Source: an uncultured Deinococcaceae bacterium
GTDB taxonomy: Bacteria; Deinococcota; Deinococci; Deinococcales; Deinococcaceae
Direction of reading: 5' to 3'
DNA: 64,000 bases
NCBI GenBank assembly: GCA_964252075.1
Contig: CAXULY010000003.1
Span: 113,469-177,468, forward strand
Within the stretch, counting starts at the first letter, position 1. Each line of letters begins with the position of its first letter. The notes beneath the pieces were generated by a model that had not been told where the DNA came from, searched no databases, and worked only from the letters and a program-made list of their open reading frames with translations. Made by a program: the position numbers and the translations under genes. Shown one piece after another: positions 22,317 to 33,141 of the stretch.

Positions 22317-22835
22317 GTGATGGCTCAGGGTGGTCAGCCGGATGTGTTCGGCAGCAGCGTCATTGCGGCGCAGGTGTGGCTCAAGGAGATTCAGGACCTG
22401 GCGGACAACCACGATCCGCACCTCGCGTACCACGCGCTGCGCGCGACGCTGCACGCGCTGCGCGACCGCATTCCAGCGGGCGCGGGCGCGCACTTCGCGG
22501 CGCAGCTTCCGACGCTGCTGCGTGGGGTGTTCTACGAGAACTGGAAGCCGGACCACGCGCCGAAGACCGTGCGGGACCGGGAGGCGTTCCTGGACTTGAT
22601 TCGCAGCGAGTACCAGTACCCGAAGGACGCGGACCTGGAGTACCTGTCGGCGGCGGTGTTCGAGACCATCAACCATCAGGTGTCGCGTGACCTCGCGGTG
22701 AAGACGCGGCGGTTGCTGAACGCGGAACTGCAGGAGTTGTGGCCGGAGCCGAGCAATACCTTTCAGGCGACGCCAGGGCAACAGCAGGCGCCGCCGCCCG
22801 AACACCCGCTGGAGTCGGGCGGGGAGGGCCGCTGA
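22317..22835 (+). CDS. DUF2267-like protein
   Basis: AYHALRATLHALRDR..AAQLP.LLRGVFYENW pattern. Confidence 0.82.
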   Translation: MMAQGGQPDVFGSSVIAAQVWLKEIQDLADNHDPHLAYHALRATLHALRDRIPAGAGAHFAAQLPTLLRGVFYENWKPDHAPKTVRDREAFLDLIRSEYQYPKDADLEYLSAAVFETINHQVSRDLAVKTRRLLNAELQELWPEPSNTFQATPGQQQAPPPEHPLESGGEGR

Positions 22836-22941
22836 CGACGCGCGGTCCGGTTACCCAAGGTGACCGGCGCGTTCGGCTCTGCTGCGTGGGGTGAAAACAT
22901 CCCCGTATGTAGGCCCACCCGACGACTGGATCGCGGGTCGT

Positions 22942-23076
22942 TTAGGGGTGCGCGATCAGGAACCACGCGGCCGCGCCCAGGAACGCCAGGAACAGCAGGG
23001 CGGCGGACATGAGGGCAAGTGCCACGCGGCGGTCCGGGCTGTCAGGTGGTCGCTGGGGGTCTGGGGCGTCGCGCAT
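22942..23076 (-). CDS. Small single-pass membrane protein (44 aa)
   Basis: MRDAPDPQRPPDSPDRR followed by one hydrophobic helix. Confidence 0.5.
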   Translation of the reverse strand: MRDAPDPQRPPDSPDRRVALALMSAALLFLAFLGAAAWFLIAHP

Positions 23077-23256
23077 GCCCCGAGCATGCCACCGGGCGCG
23101 GCCGCGGTCAGCCACCAAAAGGATGAGGGCGTGACGGGCCGTGAGGGCAGGGTCAAGGTGAGGCGGCGGGTCGCCTGAAGGGGACTTGCCCCGCTGCAAA
23201 CTGCATCCTGTGAATGGCTGGGCACCCTGAGGGGACAGGAGACAGGACTGCCGACC

Positions 23257-23604
23257 GTGTCACAAAGCGCCTCCTGCACGCATGAGCTCGATCCGGGCGC
23301 GCGCGACTTCTACATTCGGACGCTCAGGTCCCTGACCGGGAGTGACGTGCACTGCACGAGGACCGCCCAGGGGACGCTTCAGCCGCTTTCGCGCGGGACG
23401 CAGACGTGCTGCTGCTGCCCGGTGACCTCACGGATTACGGCACTGCCGAGGACGTGCTCGCGCGGGAACTCGCGGGGGGCTTCGGGCGCTTCACGCTCGG
23501 CTCCTGGGGCGAGGCGCCCATCGCTGCCGCTCATGCGCAAGCACCAGCCGGACGCGCCGTACCGGGTGCTGGAACTGCACCCGGACGGTGACGTGGGCGG
23601 CTGA
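23257..23604 (+). pseudogene. Deleted/frameshifted relic of a metallophosphoesterase gene, possibly fused to the start of a nucleotidyltransferase
   Basis: SDVH (DxH) in one frame, VLLLPGDLTDYG and GGFGRFTLGSWGE in another, SLPLMRK..YRVLEL back in the first; central GNH motif missing. Confidence 0.65.
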
Positions 23605-23610
23605 CAGCGC

Positions 23611-23973
23611 TCAAACGTTCAGGCCGTGAATGAGCAGGTACCCGACAGCGCTCAGCACGCCCGCCACGACCAGCACGCTGCCCGCGAGCAGGTAGGGGGC
23701 GCGCCGGGCGAGGTCCGCGCTGCGCCCGCGCGCCTGCGCGAGCACGGGGGTGGGCAGCAGGCGCGCGGCGAGCGCCAGCAGCGTCGGCACGATCATGATG
23801 TCATCCACGATGCCGAGGCCCGGGAGGGCGTCAGGCAGCAGGTCGATGGGGCTCACGAGGTACACCAGCGCGAGCAGCGCCACGCCGCGCGCCTGGGCGG
23901 GCGTGCGCGGGTCGCGGATGGCGTACAGCAGCGCCAGCGCGTCGCGCCACACGGATCGCAGTTTGGTCAGCAT
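23611..23973 (-). CDS. YkvA / DUF1232 family membrane protein
   Basis: DPRTP..YLVSPIDLLPD..GIVDD. Confidence 0.9.
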   Translation of the reverse strand: MLTKLRSVWRDALALLYAIRDPRTPAQARGVALLALVYLVSPIDLLPDALPGLGIVDDIMIVPTLLALAARLLPTPVLAQARGRSADLARRAPYLLAGSVLVVAGVLSAVGYLLIHGLNV

Positions 23974-23984
23974 CTCACCACCCG

Positions 23985-25310
23985 TTACGCGCCGGGCGCG
24001 CCCAGGGTTCCCACAGCGGCGTCTTCCTCTTCGGCGTCGTCGTAATTCACGTCGGGAATCACCAGCTTGAATTCCGCGCCGCCCTCCGGGCGGTTCCCGC
24101 CCGTGAGGCGACCGCCGTGGCGCTCCGCGATCTGCCGGGACACGCTGAGGCCCAGGCCGCTGGAGCCGCTGCCCGACACGAACGGCTCGAAGATGCGCTC
24201 GCCCAGGCCGTCCGGCAGGCCGGGGCCGTCGTCGCGCACGTGGAAGCGCAACTCGCCGCGCGTTTCCTCCAGGCACAGCTCCACCAGGCCCTGCGGCCCG
24301 GCGGCGCGCCGCGCGTTCGCGAGGAGGTTGCGCAGCGCCTGCGTGAGGCGGTCCGGGTCGCACAGCACGAAGCTGCCCCACGCGCCTGTGAACTGCACGC
24401 CCGGCACGAGGCGGTCCAGGCGCTCGCGCAGGGTGCGGGCGGGAATCAGGTGCAGCGCGAGCGTCATCTCCAGCTGCCCGCGCGCGAGCTGCATGAGGTC
24501 CTGCGTGGTGAAGCTCAGTTCCTCCGCGACGAGGCTGGCGCGCGCGACCTCCGGGTCGCCGGTGCGGGCCTCGGCGCGCTGCAGGTAAGCCTTGATGGCC
24601 GTCAGGGGCGCGCCGAGCTCATGCACGATCTGCCCGAGCAGCTGCTTCTCGCGCGCCTGCTGCGTGTCGATGCGCGACAGCAGGCGGTTGATGGCTTCCA
24701 GCAGGCGGTACACCTCGTCCTGGCGGCGCGGCAGCGGGATGCTCGTGAGGCTCGCGGTGGGGTCCAGCCGCTCGGCGGTGCGCGCGGCCTCCCCCAGGCC
24801 GCGCAGTTCGTGGCGGCCCACCGCCCAGCCGACCAGCAGCGTGAGGAGCGGCGCGAGGACCAGCCCGAGGGACAGGAACCACAGCGCGGTGCGCTTGCTG
24901 GCCTGCAGGTCCCCCTCGGGGAGCGCCACCCACACGAAGCCCTGCCCCTGGCCGAGGTCGCGGTACGTGACGCGCAGGCTCTCGCCGTTCGCGACGTCCG
25001 CGAGGGGCAGGCTGCCGCTGCGCGGCAGGGCGAACTGCGTGTCCTTGAGGCCCGCGAGGGCGGACGTGGCGTACACGATGCGGCCCTGGCCGTTCACGAG
25101 CATGACGAGCGCGCCGCTCGGCGCGGTGTTCTGCCCCACGCGCGGGTTGTTGAAGGCGTTCGCGAGGCTGTCGGCGCGCTCGGAGAGGCGCGCCACGAAC
25201 TGCTGCTCCAGGCCGCCGATCAGCAGCCACGTGGTGACGCCGCTCACCAGCCCGACCAGCACGAAGGCGATCAGGCTGTAGATGAGGGCGAGGCGGAAAC
25301 GCAGGCTCAT
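23985..25310 (-). CDS. HAMP-domain sensor histidine kinase
   Basis: Two TM helices, H-box HELGAPL, N-box NLLANA, DDGPG, GLGL. Confidence 0.93.
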   Translation of the reverse strand: MSLRFRLALIYSLIAFVLVGLVSGVTTWLLIGGLEQQFVARLSERADSLANAFNNPRVGQNTAPSGALVMLVNGQGRIVYATSALAGLKDTQFALPRSGSLPLADVANGESLRVTYRDLGQGQGFVWVALPEGDLQASKRTALWFLSLGLVLAPLLTLLVGWAVGRHELRGLGEAARTAERLDPTASLTSIPLPRRQDEVYRLLEAINRLLSRIDTQQAREKQLLGQIVHELGAPLTAIKAYLQRAEARTGDPEVARASLVAEELSFTTQDLMQLARGQLEMTLALHLIPARTLRERLDRLVPGVQFTGAWGSFVLCDPDRLTQALRNLLANARRAAGPQGLVELCLEETRGELRFHVRDDGPGLPDGLGERIFEPFVSGSGSSGLGLSVSRQIAERHGGRLTGGNRPEGGAEFKLVIPDVNYDDAEEEDAAVGTLGAPGA

Positions 25311-25333
25311 GCGGGCGACCTCATGGTGGGCGC

Positions 25334-25993
25334 CTAGCTCTGCAGCACGTAGCCGACGTTGCGGATGGTGCGGATGCGCAGGTCACTGCCGACCGTCTCG
25401 AGTTTCTTGCGCAGCTGCGAGATGCGCACCTCCACGCTGTTGCTGCTGGGCGTGTCCCAGCCGTACAGGTGGCTCTCGATGTCGCCGCGCGAGAACACAC
25501 GGTCCGGGGTGCGCATCATGAGTTCCAGGATGCGCGCCTCGTGCTCCGTGAGGCCCGTGCTTTTCTCCTCGGCGGTGAGGGTGAGGCTGCTGGTGGCGAG
25601 GCTGGTGTTCCCCAGGTTCACGCCGCCGCCCGCCGCGGTGCGGCGCAGGAGGGCCGTGATGCGCGCGTCGAGTTCCGGCATCGCGAAGGGCTTCGTGAGG
25701 TAGTCGTCGGCGCCCACGTTGAGGCCCGCGACGCGCTCCTGCACGCCGGAGCGCGCGGACAGGATCAGCACGGGGGTGGAGGAGTACTGCCGCAGCGCCT
25801 GCACGAGGTCCAGGCCGTCGCCGTCCGGGAGGTTCAGGTCCAGGATGATGAGTTGTGCGCTGTGCGTGCCCAGCCACGCCTGGGCGTCCTTGAGGGTCGC
25901 GGCGTGCTGCACCGCGTAGTCTTCACTGAGGTACTCGGCCAGCAGCGGCCCGAGGTGCGGATCGTCTTCCACCAGCAGCAGTTGCGCCTGCAT
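25334..25993 (-). CDS. OmpR-family response regulator
   Basis: [23 protein letters not shown], winged-helix C-terminus TIRNVGY. Confidence 0.95.
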   Translation of the reverse strand: MQAQLLLVEDDPHLGPLLAEYLSEDYAVQHAATLKDAQAWLGTHSAQLIILDLNLPDGDGLDLVQALRQYSSTPVLILSARSGVQERVAGLNVGADDYLTKPFAMPELDARITALLRRTAAGGGVNLGNTSLATSSLTLTAEEKSTGLTEHEARILELMMRTPDRVFSRGDIESHLYGWDTPSSNSVEVRISQLRKKLETVGSDLRIRTIRNVGYVLQS

Positions 25994-26496
25994 CACTTCT
26001 TCCTCCCCTTGCCGTTGCCGTTCCCATTTCCATTCCCGTTGCCGTTGCCATTCCCATTTCCATTCCCGTTGCCGTTCCCATTTCCGTGATCGGCATCGGA
26101 ACTGGCGGCGCCATTGCTGTCGCCGCCACCTTTCTTGCGCAGGGGAGCCGCCGGCGGTGGACTGGCGGTGGGCAGCACCAGCGTGACGCCGCGCGCGGAC
26201 AGCAGCTGCGAGAGGGAGCTGCCGTCGAGCGTCAGCTGCCCGCCGCGCAGCGTGCCCGTGAAGCTCTGGGTCTGGCCGTTGTCGTCCTTGATGAACACCA
26301 CGACCGCGCCCGACGCGTCCGCCGCCAGCCGCAGGTTGAGCTTCCCAGCGGCGCTCTGGCCGGTGCCCAGCGTGCTCTGCAGGTCGCGGTCCATGATGAC
26401 CACCTGCAGCGCGCCCGCCACGCCCGACAGCAGGAACGCCATCAGGAGGGCTTTGAGGATGAGTCTGAACGGGGTGGGTCTGAACAGGTGCGGCAT
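25993..26496 (-). CDS. Predicted secreted protein with C-terminal Gly-Asn repeat
   Basis: N-terminal signal-like segment, (GN)12G tail then KGRKK; stop overlaps regulator ATG (TGATG). Confidence 0.8.
   Translation of the reverse strand: MPHLFRPTPFRLILKALLMAFLLSGVAGALQVVIMDRDLQSTLGTGQSAAGKLNLRLAADASGAVVVFIKDDNGQTQSFTGTLRGGQLTLDGSSLSQLLSARGVTLVLPTASPPPAAPLRKKGGGDSNGAASSDADHGNGNGNGNGNGNGNGNGNGNGNGNGKGRKK
26011..26085 (-). repeat. Coding 6-bp tandem repeat (GGN AAY)12 with a near-perfect 30-bp unit duplication
   Basis: 26011-26040 and 26041-26070 differ at one base. Confidence 0.9.
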
Positions 26497-26649
26497 GCTT
26501 GAGTTCCTTTAAGTCTACTGGCCTGGCGCCCTGGCATGGGGCGACCTGGCACACTCCGGCAGGTGCGCCTGAGCTGTGACGCATCGTAAAGCGCGCAGCT
26601 GACGCGGTCATGACCGCCGCGCGGCGTGCGGGCGTAGGCTGGTGGGCAC

Positions 26650-27837
26650 ATGTCCGCACCTCCGTACCCCATGTTCGTTTCGGTTGAGGAGGCGCGCGCG
26701 CACCTCGCGGCGCTGCTGCCCGACCCCGGCACCGAGGAGGTCACGCTGGAGGACGCCTTCGGGCGCACGCTGGCGCGTGACCTCGCCGCGCTCGTGAGTC
26801 ACCCGTCCGCCACGGAGAGCGCCCTGGACGGCGTCGCGTGCCGCGAGGCGGACACCCTGGGCGCCACGCCGGACGCGCCCGCGCGGCTGCGCGTGGTGGG
26901 TGAGTCGCGCGCGGGCGAGCCCTTCGCGGGCGCGCTGGGGCCCGGCGAGTGCGTGCGCATCTACACGGGCGCGCCCGTGCCGACGGGCGCGGACGCCATC
27001 TGCCCGGTGGAGCAGTTGCGCGAGTCGGGGGCGGACGTGCTGCTCCTGCGGCCCGCGAGTCCCGGCGACGTGCGCGTGGAGGGCGGGGACTTCCGCGCGG
27101 GCGAGGTGGTGCTGCATGCCGGGACGCCGCTCACGCCCGCGCGCGTCGCGCTGGCCGCCGCGCTGGGGCACCGCCGCCTCACGGTGCGGCGCCGCCTGCG
27201 CGTGGCCGTGCTCTCCACGGGCGACGAGGTGGTGGAGCCCGGCACGCCCCTGAAGCCCGGGCAGGTGTACAACAGCAACGCGGTGGGCCTGCTGGGCCTG
27301 CTGCGCGAGGTGGGCTGCGAGGCGCGCTCGCTCGGGCACGCGCCGGACTCCCCGGAGGCGCTGGGTGAGGTGCTTGCGTCGGTGGGCGGCGCGGACGTGC
27401 TCCTCACGTCTGGCGGCGTCAGCATGGGGAAGTACGACTTCGTGCGCGACCTGCTGATTGGGGAGGGCCGCGTGGCGTTCTGGAAGGTCCGCATGCGGCC
27501 GGGAGGTCCCGCCATCCTGGGCGGCTGGCGGGGCCTCCCAGTGTTCGGGCTGCCCGGCAACCCCGTGAGCGCCCTGGTGGTCTTCGAGGTGATCGTGAAG
27601 CCCGCCCTGACCGGGCAGGCGCCGCGCACGGTGCGCCTGCGCGCCGCGAGTGACTTCCGCGCGCTGCCGGACAAGGCGGCGTTCTGGCGCGGCGTGATTG
27701 AGGGCGGTGCGGTCCGCGATTACGGCCGTCAGGGCAGCGGCGTGCTCCGGTCGCTGAGCGAGGCGGGCGCCCTCGTGATCGTGCCGGAGGGCGCGCCCGC
27801 GCGGGTCGGGGACGAGGTGGAGGTCATCCTGCTGTAG
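26650..27837 (+). CDS. moeA: Molybdopterin molybdotransferase MoeA
   Basis: [40 protein letters not shown]. Confidence 0.93.
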   Translation: MSAPPYPMFVSVEEARAHLAALLPDPGTEEVTLEDAFGRTLARDLAALVSHPSATESALDGVACREADTLGATPDAPARLRVVGESRAGEPFAGALGPGECVRIYTGAPVPTGADAICPVEQLRESGADVLLLRPASPGDVRVEGGDFRAGEVVLHAGTPLTPARVALAAALGHRRLTVRRRLRVAVLSTGDEVVEPGTPLKPGQVYNSNAVGLLGLLREVGCEARSLGHAPDSPEALGEVLASVGGADVLLTSGGVSMGKYDFVRDLLIGEGRVAFWKVRMRPGGPAILGGWRGLPVFGLPGNPVSALVVFEVIVKPALTGQAPRTVRLRAASDFRALPDKAAFWRGVIEGGAVRDYGRQGSGVLRSLSEAGALVIVPEGAPARVGDEVEVILL

Positions 27838-27923
27838 GGGCGCGGGAGGTTACTCGTCCCCGCCCGTTTTGTCCACCGCGAATGCCCCACTTGCCGTTTT
27901 CGGGCAGCGCTACAGTGGGCGGC

Positions 27924-30200
27924 GTGAGTGCCCCCGACCCCCACCCCGCTGTCTGGTCGGTGGCGCTGCCCCTCCCCATCCCCGCCTATGATTTCGCCGC
28001 GCCGCACGGCTGGGCGGACGGGCTGCCGCTGGGGTGCCGGGTGCTGGTGCCATGGCAGGGCGAGCTGCGGGTGGGGATCGTGGTGGGCGAAGGGGGCGCG
28101 GCGTCGGGCCGCACGCGCGAGGCGGTGCACGTGCTGGACGCCGCGCCGTGGGTGAGCGCGCCCTTCATGGCGGCGCTCGCGCAGCAGGCGGCCCTGGCGC
28201 GCACGCCGCCGGGCCTGCTGTGGGGGGACCTGCTGGGCGTCGGGTGGAGCGCCGGGGTGCGGCACGAGGTGCGGGCCGTGCCGGGCGCGGACCTGGGGGT
28301 CTTCGGGGAGGGTGCGCCAGGCGCCGCGTGGGTGGAGGCGGACCCCGAGCGGGCGCCGCTGCTGGACGCCATCCGCGCGCAGGGCCTGCTGGAGGAGCGC
28401 TTCACGCCGCAGCCGCGCACGCGGCCCGTGTACCGCGCGCGCGCGCTGGGCGAGCGGGACCTGACGCCGAAGCAGCGCCTCGCGTGGGCGGCCCTGCAGG
28501 ACCTCGGGGACGCCGAGAGCCAGGGCGCGTGGGCGGAGGCGGCGGGCGTGAGTGTGTCCACCATCGCGGGCGTGCTGGCGCGCGGGTGGGCGGAACAGGT
28601 GGAGGTGCCCGCCCCGCCGCCCGCCCTGCCGGAATTGGGCCTCCAGCCGCCCCGCCCCACCCCGGACACCCTGCCCGAGACGGAGGTGTGGCGCCTGCAC
28701 GGCGGGCGCGGCGCGGACCGCCACCGCCTGCTCGCCGCGCGCCTGCGCCGCGTGCTGGAGGTCGGGCGCGGCGCGCTGGTGATCGCGCCGGACGGCACCA
28801 GCGTGCGCCGCGCGTGGGGGGCGCTCTCCGCCCTCGCAGCGGAGGCGGGCACGCGCGCGGTGTGCTTCAGCGGCGCCTTGAATGAAGTGCAGCGCGAGCA
28901 CGCGTGGCGCCTCGTCGCGTCCGGCGAGGCGCGCCTGGTGGTAGGCACCGCCCTCGCGCTCCCCGCGCCCCTCGCGGACCTGGGCCTCGTCGTGGTGGAG
29001 GAGGAGGCCAGCGAGGCGCACAAGCTGCAGTCCGGCGCGCGGGTGTTCGTGCCGCAGCTCGCCGCGCGCCTCGCCGGCGCCGCGGGCTGCCCGCTGGCCC
29101 TCACGGGGAGTGTGCCCGCCGCGGAGAGCGTCGGGCACCCCGGCGTGGTGCTGCCCCCGCCGCCCGCGCGCGTGCACGTGGTGGATTACGGGAACCCGCA
29201 GGTGCAGCCCACCCTCGGGCCGCTCTCCAGCCCGCACCTGAAGCCCGGCGACCTGGGGTACCCCATCAGCCACGACCTCGCGCGGGTGCTGCGGCAGGTC
29301 GCGGAGCGTGGGCGGCAGGCGGTGCTGCTCGCGCCCCGCCGCGGGTACTCGGCGCTGCTGCGCTGCCCGAGCTGCGAGCACACCCCACAGTGCGTGAACT
29401 GCGACGTGCCCCTGCGCTTCCACCAGGAGACGCGGCGCCTCTCGTGCCACCAGTGCGGGTACAGCGAGGGCCTGCACGAGCGCTGCGCGAACTGCGGCGA
29501 ACCCATGTGGCAGGCCAAGGGGCCGGGCACCGAGTGGATTCTGGGCGAGGTGAAGAAACTCCTGCCGGGCTTCCCCGCCCTGCGCTACGACAAGGACCGC
29601 CAGGACGACCTGAGCGCCATCGCGCGCGGCGAGCCGGGCGTGATCGTGGGCACGCAGGCGCTGCTGTCCCTGGACGCGCCCCCGGACCTCGCGCTGATCG
29701 GCGTGACGCTCGCGGACACCTGGCTGAACGTGTCTGACTTCCGCGCCTCGGAGCGCTACCACCGCCTGCTGCGGCAGCTGCTGGAGTGGCACCCCAGCCG
29801 CGCGCCCCTGATGCTGGTGCAGACCTTCCAGGCGGACCACCCGGCCCTGCGCGCCGTCGTGGACAACCTGGACGCCCTGCATTACCCCACGCAGGAGTGG
29901 CGGGCGCGCGAGGCGCTGAGTTACCCGCCGCACGCCGTGATGGCGCAGGTGGAGGTCGCCGCGCGCGATCAGGGCCGCGCGCGCGAGGTCGCGTACGAGG
30001 TCGCGCAGGCCCTGTACGGCGGCGGCGCCGGGGAGCGCGAGGTGCTGGGGCCTGCGCCGAGCCCCGTGGCGCGCCTGCGCGGGGTGTACCCGTACCACCT
30101 GCTGCTGCGCGCGCGGGACGAGGCGCGGCTCTCGCAGATGCTCGCGAGCCTGGACCGCCCGTGGCGGGCGCGCGTGCGGCTCGACGTCAGCCCGCGCTGA
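27924..30200 (+). CDS. priA: Primosomal protein N' (PriA), Deinococcus-type with degenerate helicase motifs
   Basis: N-terminal GCRVLVPW, RRGY..CPSC..CVNCDVPL..CHQC..CANCG Zn cluster, GPGTE, LGPAP..RLRG.Y; TACAGT 7 nt before GTG. Confidence 0.9.
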   Translation: MSAPDPHPAVWSVALPLPIPAYDFAAPHGWADGLPLGCRVLVPWQGELRVGIVVGEGGAASGRTREAVHVLDAAPWVSAPFMAALAQQAALARTPPGLLWGDLLGVGWSAGVRHEVRAVPGADLGVFGEGAPGAAWVEADPERAPLLDAIRAQGLLEERFTPQPRTRPVYRARALGERDLTPKQRLAWAALQDLGDAESQGAWAEAAGVSVSTIAGVLARGWAEQVEVPAPPPALPELGLQPPRPTPDTLPETEVWRLHGGRGADRHRLLAARLRRVLEVGRGALVIAPDGTSVRRAWGALSALAAEAGTRAVCFSGALNEVQREHAWRLVASGEARLVVGTALALPAPLADLGLVVVEEEASEAHKLQSGARVFVPQLAARLAGAAGCPLALTGSVPAAESVGHPGVVLPPPPARVHVVDYGNPQVQPTLGPLSSPHLKPGDLGYPISHDLARVLRQVAERGRQAVLLAPRRGYSALLRCPSCEHTPQCVNCDVPLRFHQETRRLSCHQCGYSEGLHERCANCGEPMWQAKGPGTEWILGEVKKLLPGFPALRYDKDRQDDLSAIARGEPGVIVGTQALLSLDAPPDLALIGVTLADTWLNVSDFRASERYHRLLRQLLEWHPSRAPLMLVQTFQADHPALRAVVDNLDALHYPTQEWRAREALSYPPHAVMAQVEVAARDQGRAREVAYEVAQALYGGGAGEREVLGPAPSPVARLRGVYPYHLLLRARDEARLSQMLASLDRPWRARVRLDVSPR

Positions 30201-30262
30201 TGAGCATGGCGTGAAGCGCACCGCCGCTGGGCTTCATCCTGGCCCTTAGAATGGAGGCCATC

Positions 30263-31198
30263 GTGACCGACATCCTCAAGGACTGGCAGCCCGCGCCAAG
30301 CGGCTACAAACACGTGGTGAGCGTCTCCATCGGGTCGAGCAAACGCGACGCGCGCGAGGAGACCGAGGTGCTCGGGCAGAAATTCATTCTGGAGCGCCTC
30401 GGCACGGACGGCGACATGGCCAAAGCCAGCGAACTCTTCCGCGCGCTCGACGGGCGGGTGGACGCCTTCGGGCTGGGCGGCGCGGACTTGCACGTGGTCG
30501 CCGGGGACCGGCGCTACACCTTCCGCGACATCGTAAAGATGATCGCGCCCGCCGTGAAGACTCCCGTGCTGGACGGCGGCGGCCTGAAGCACACCCTGGA
30601 GCGCGACGCGGTGCGGCAGCTGGACCCCATCGTGCAGTGGCGCGGCTGCAAGACGCTGCTCGTGAGCGCCGTGGACCGCTTCGGCATGGCCGAGGCGCTC
30701 GCGGAGGCGGGCGCGGACATGGTGTACGGCGACGTGGTGTTCAGCCTCGGCCTGCCCGTGCCGCTGCGCTCCATCACGGCGCTGCGCCGCACCGCGCACA
30801 CACTGCTGCCCATCATCACGCGCCTGCCCTTCAAGTGGTTCTACCCGACTGGCGACAAGCAGGAGAAGACCGTGCAGGGCGCCGGCACCCGCTACTTCAC
30901 GTGGGCGGAGGTGCTCGCCGGGGACTTCCTGTACATCAAGCGCTACGCGCCCCCCCGCCTGGACGGCAAGACCATCCTCACGAACACCACCACCCGCGCG
31001 GACATCGAGTGGGCGCGCGGCGCGGGCGTGCGGCGCCTCATCACCACCACGCCGCGCATCGGGGGGCGCAGCTTCGGCACGAACGTGATGGAGGCCTTCT
31101 TCGTCGCGCTGAGCGGCAAGGGCGCGGCCCTCACCGAAGCGGAGTACCTGGAGTACATCCAGCGGATCGGCTTCAAGCCCGAGGTGAACGAGCTGTAA
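30263..31198 (+). CDS. Conserved hypothetical protein (family often auto-annotated quinate 5-dehydrogenase)
   Basis: VSVSIGSSKRD, DAFGLGG, DGGGLK, SFGTNVMEA; GGAGG RBS; strong host codon usage. Confidence 0.75.
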   Translation: MTDILKDWQPAPSGYKHVVSVSIGSSKRDAREETEVLGQKFILERLGTDGDMAKASELFRALDGRVDAFGLGGADLHVVAGDRRYTFRDIVKMIAPAVKTPVLDGGGLKHTLERDAVRQLDPIVQWRGCKTLLVSAVDRFGMAEALAEAGADMVYGDVVFSLGLPVPLRSITALRRTAHTLLPIITRLPFKWFYPTGDKQEKTVQGAGTRYFTWAEVLAGDFLYIKRYAPPRLDGKTILTNTTTRADIEWARGAGVRRLITTTPRIGGRSFGTNVMEAFFVALSGKGAALTEAEYLEYIQRIGFKPEVNEL

Positions 31199-31228
31199 GT
31201 CGCGCCGGGGTGGCGCGCGGGGGGACGC

Positions 31229-31888
31229 ATGGACGCACAGGACCAGCGGGCCTACGAGGAAGTGAAGGCGCACATCGCCCGCGAACTCGCCGCCTTCGTC
31301 GACGACGCCGCGCGGGCGCGGGGCGCGGCGCAGGTCATGGTGGGCGTGCACCCGCTGGCCGAACCCGCCGACCTCACGGAGCGGCTGCGGCGCCTGGGCG
31401 CCACGCCCGCCCGCGCGTGGCTGCAGCTCGCGCGCGCCACCACCTCCGCTCCCCCACCCTTGCCGAGCATCGAGGTGCGCGAGGTGGGGCCGGACCAGCT
31501 GGGCACCTTCATGGACGTGTTCTCGCGCGGCTTCGGCATGCCCGAGGATCTCCTGCCGCTCGCACGCGGCAGCTTCCAGCGGGCGGGCTGGCACACCTAC
31601 CTCGCGTACCGGGACGGGCAGGCGGTGGGGTGCGCCAGCCTCGGGGTGTTCGGCGCGCTGGGCTGGCTGGGGAACGCCACCACCCTGCCGGAGCAGCGCC
31701 GGCAGGGCGTGCAGGCGGCCCTGATCGCCCGGCGCGTGCAGGACGCGGGCGCGCTCGGCGCGCGGACGGTGATCACGCAGGTCGCCGAGGACCTGCCCGA
31801 GAAACCCAACCCCAGCGAGCACAACATGCGCCGCGCGGGCTTCGTGACGGCGTACCGCCGCCCGAATGTCCTGCTGCCCACCGCCTGA
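31229..31888 (+). CDS. GNAT family N-acetyltransferase
   Basis: TLPEQRRQGVQAAL acetyl-CoA motif, NPSEHNMRRAGF. Confidence 0.85.
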   Translation: MDAQDQRAYEEVKAHIARELAAFVDDAARARGAAQVMVGVHPLAEPADLTERLRRLGATPARAWLQLARATTSAPPPLPSIEVREVGPDQLGTFMDVFSRGFGMPEDLLPLARGSFQRAGWHTYLAYRDGQAVGCASLGVFGALGWLGNATTLPEQRRQGVQAALIARRVQDAGALGARTVITQVAEDLPEKPNPSEHNMRRAGFVTAYRRPNVLLPTA

Positions 31889-31906
31889 ACGGGCGGGCCG
31901 CGCCGC

Positions 31907-33067
31907 TCAGTCCATCGTGAAGTCCGCGGCGCGGCGCACCGCCTCGCGCAGGCGTTCGGGCGGCTGGACGAGCGCGAAGCGCAGGTGCCCCTCGCCCTGC
32001 TGCCCGAAGGCGCGTCCCGGCGCGAGCGCCACGCCCGTCTCGCGCGCGAGGGCCTCCGCGAAGGCCACGCTGTCCGTGAGGCCCGGCGGGCGCGCCCAGG
32101 CGTACATGCTGGCCTGCGGCAGCTGCGCCTCCCAGCCGATCTCGTGCAGGGCAGGCAGCAGCGCGTCGCGCCGCGCCTCGAACACGCGGGCGCCCGCGCG
32201 CGCCGACTCGGGCGGAAGGTCCAGCGCGAGGGCCGCCATGCGCTGAATCCCGAGGTACGGGTGGAAGTCGATGGCGCCCTTCACGCGCCGCAGCGCCGCG
32301 AGCGCCTCGGCGTTCCCCACCGCGTACCCCACCCGGAAGCCGCCCATGTGGTGGCTCTTGGAGAGCGAGTGCAGCTCCACCGCGCACTCCAGCGCGCCGT
32401 CCGCGCACAGCACGCTGGGCGCCACGTACTCGCCGTAGGTGAGTTCCGCGTAGGGGTGGTCGTGAATCAGGAGCGCGCCGCGCGCCCGGCACCAGTCCAC
32501 CGCGCGCTGGAAGAACTCCGGCGTGGCGACCGCCGAGGTGGGGTTGTTCGGGTAGTTCAGGATCAGGGCGCGCACGGGCACGTCCGCCGGCACGAGGTCC
32601 AGGTCCGGCAGCCACGCGCGCTCCGCGGTGAGGGGCAGCAGGTGCGTCCGCAGGCCCGCGACGGCCACCGCGCCCAGGTACGGCGGGTAGCAGGGGTCTG
32701 GGAGCGCCACCACATCGCCGGGGTCCGTGACGGCCATGAGGAGGTGCGCGAGGCCCTCCTGCGCCCCGATCAGCGGCAGCACCTGCGTGTCCGGGTCGAG
32801 GGTCGGGCCGTAGCGCCGCGCGAGGGAGCGCGCCGCCGCCTCCCGCAGCGACCGCGTGTCGCTGAAGAGCGGATAGCGATACGTGCCGGGGTCGCGCGTG
32901 GCGTCCCGCAGGGCCTCCAGCGCGGCGTCCGGGGGCGCGAGGTCGCTGGAGCCGATGGACAGGTCGATGAGGTCCAGGCCCCGCGTGCGGGCGAGGCCCA
33001 GCGCGCGGTCCATGCGCGCGAACACGCTCTCGGGCACCTGGGCGGCGCGGCGCGACGTGAAAGGCAT
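31907..33067 (-). CDS. PLP-dependent aminotransferase class I/II
   Basis: [27 protein letters not shown]. Confidence 0.93.
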   Translation of the reverse strand: MPFTSRRAAQVPESVFARMDRALGLARTRGLDLIDLSIGSSDLAPPDAALEALRDATRDPGTYRYPLFSDTRSLREAAARSLARRYGPTLDPDTQVLPLIGAQEGLAHLLMAVTDPGDVVALPDPCYPPYLGAVAVAGLRTHLLPLTAERAWLPDLDLVPADVPVRALILNYPNNPTSAVATPEFFQRAVDWCRARGALLIHDHPYAELTYGEYVAPSVLCADGALECAVELHSLSKSHHMGGFRVGYAVGNAEALAALRRVKGAIDFHPYLGIQRMAALALDLPPESARAGARVFEARRDALLPALHEIGWEAQLPQASMYAWARPPGLTDSVAFAEALARETGVALAPGRAFGQQGEGHLRFALVQPPERLREAVRRAADFTMD

Positions 33068-33141
33068 ACGGGGAGTTTAGGGCACCGCACGTTTCAGCGC
33101 CGCCCCTCGCGCGCTGAAACGCAAAGCCCCAAGCTGCGGGC

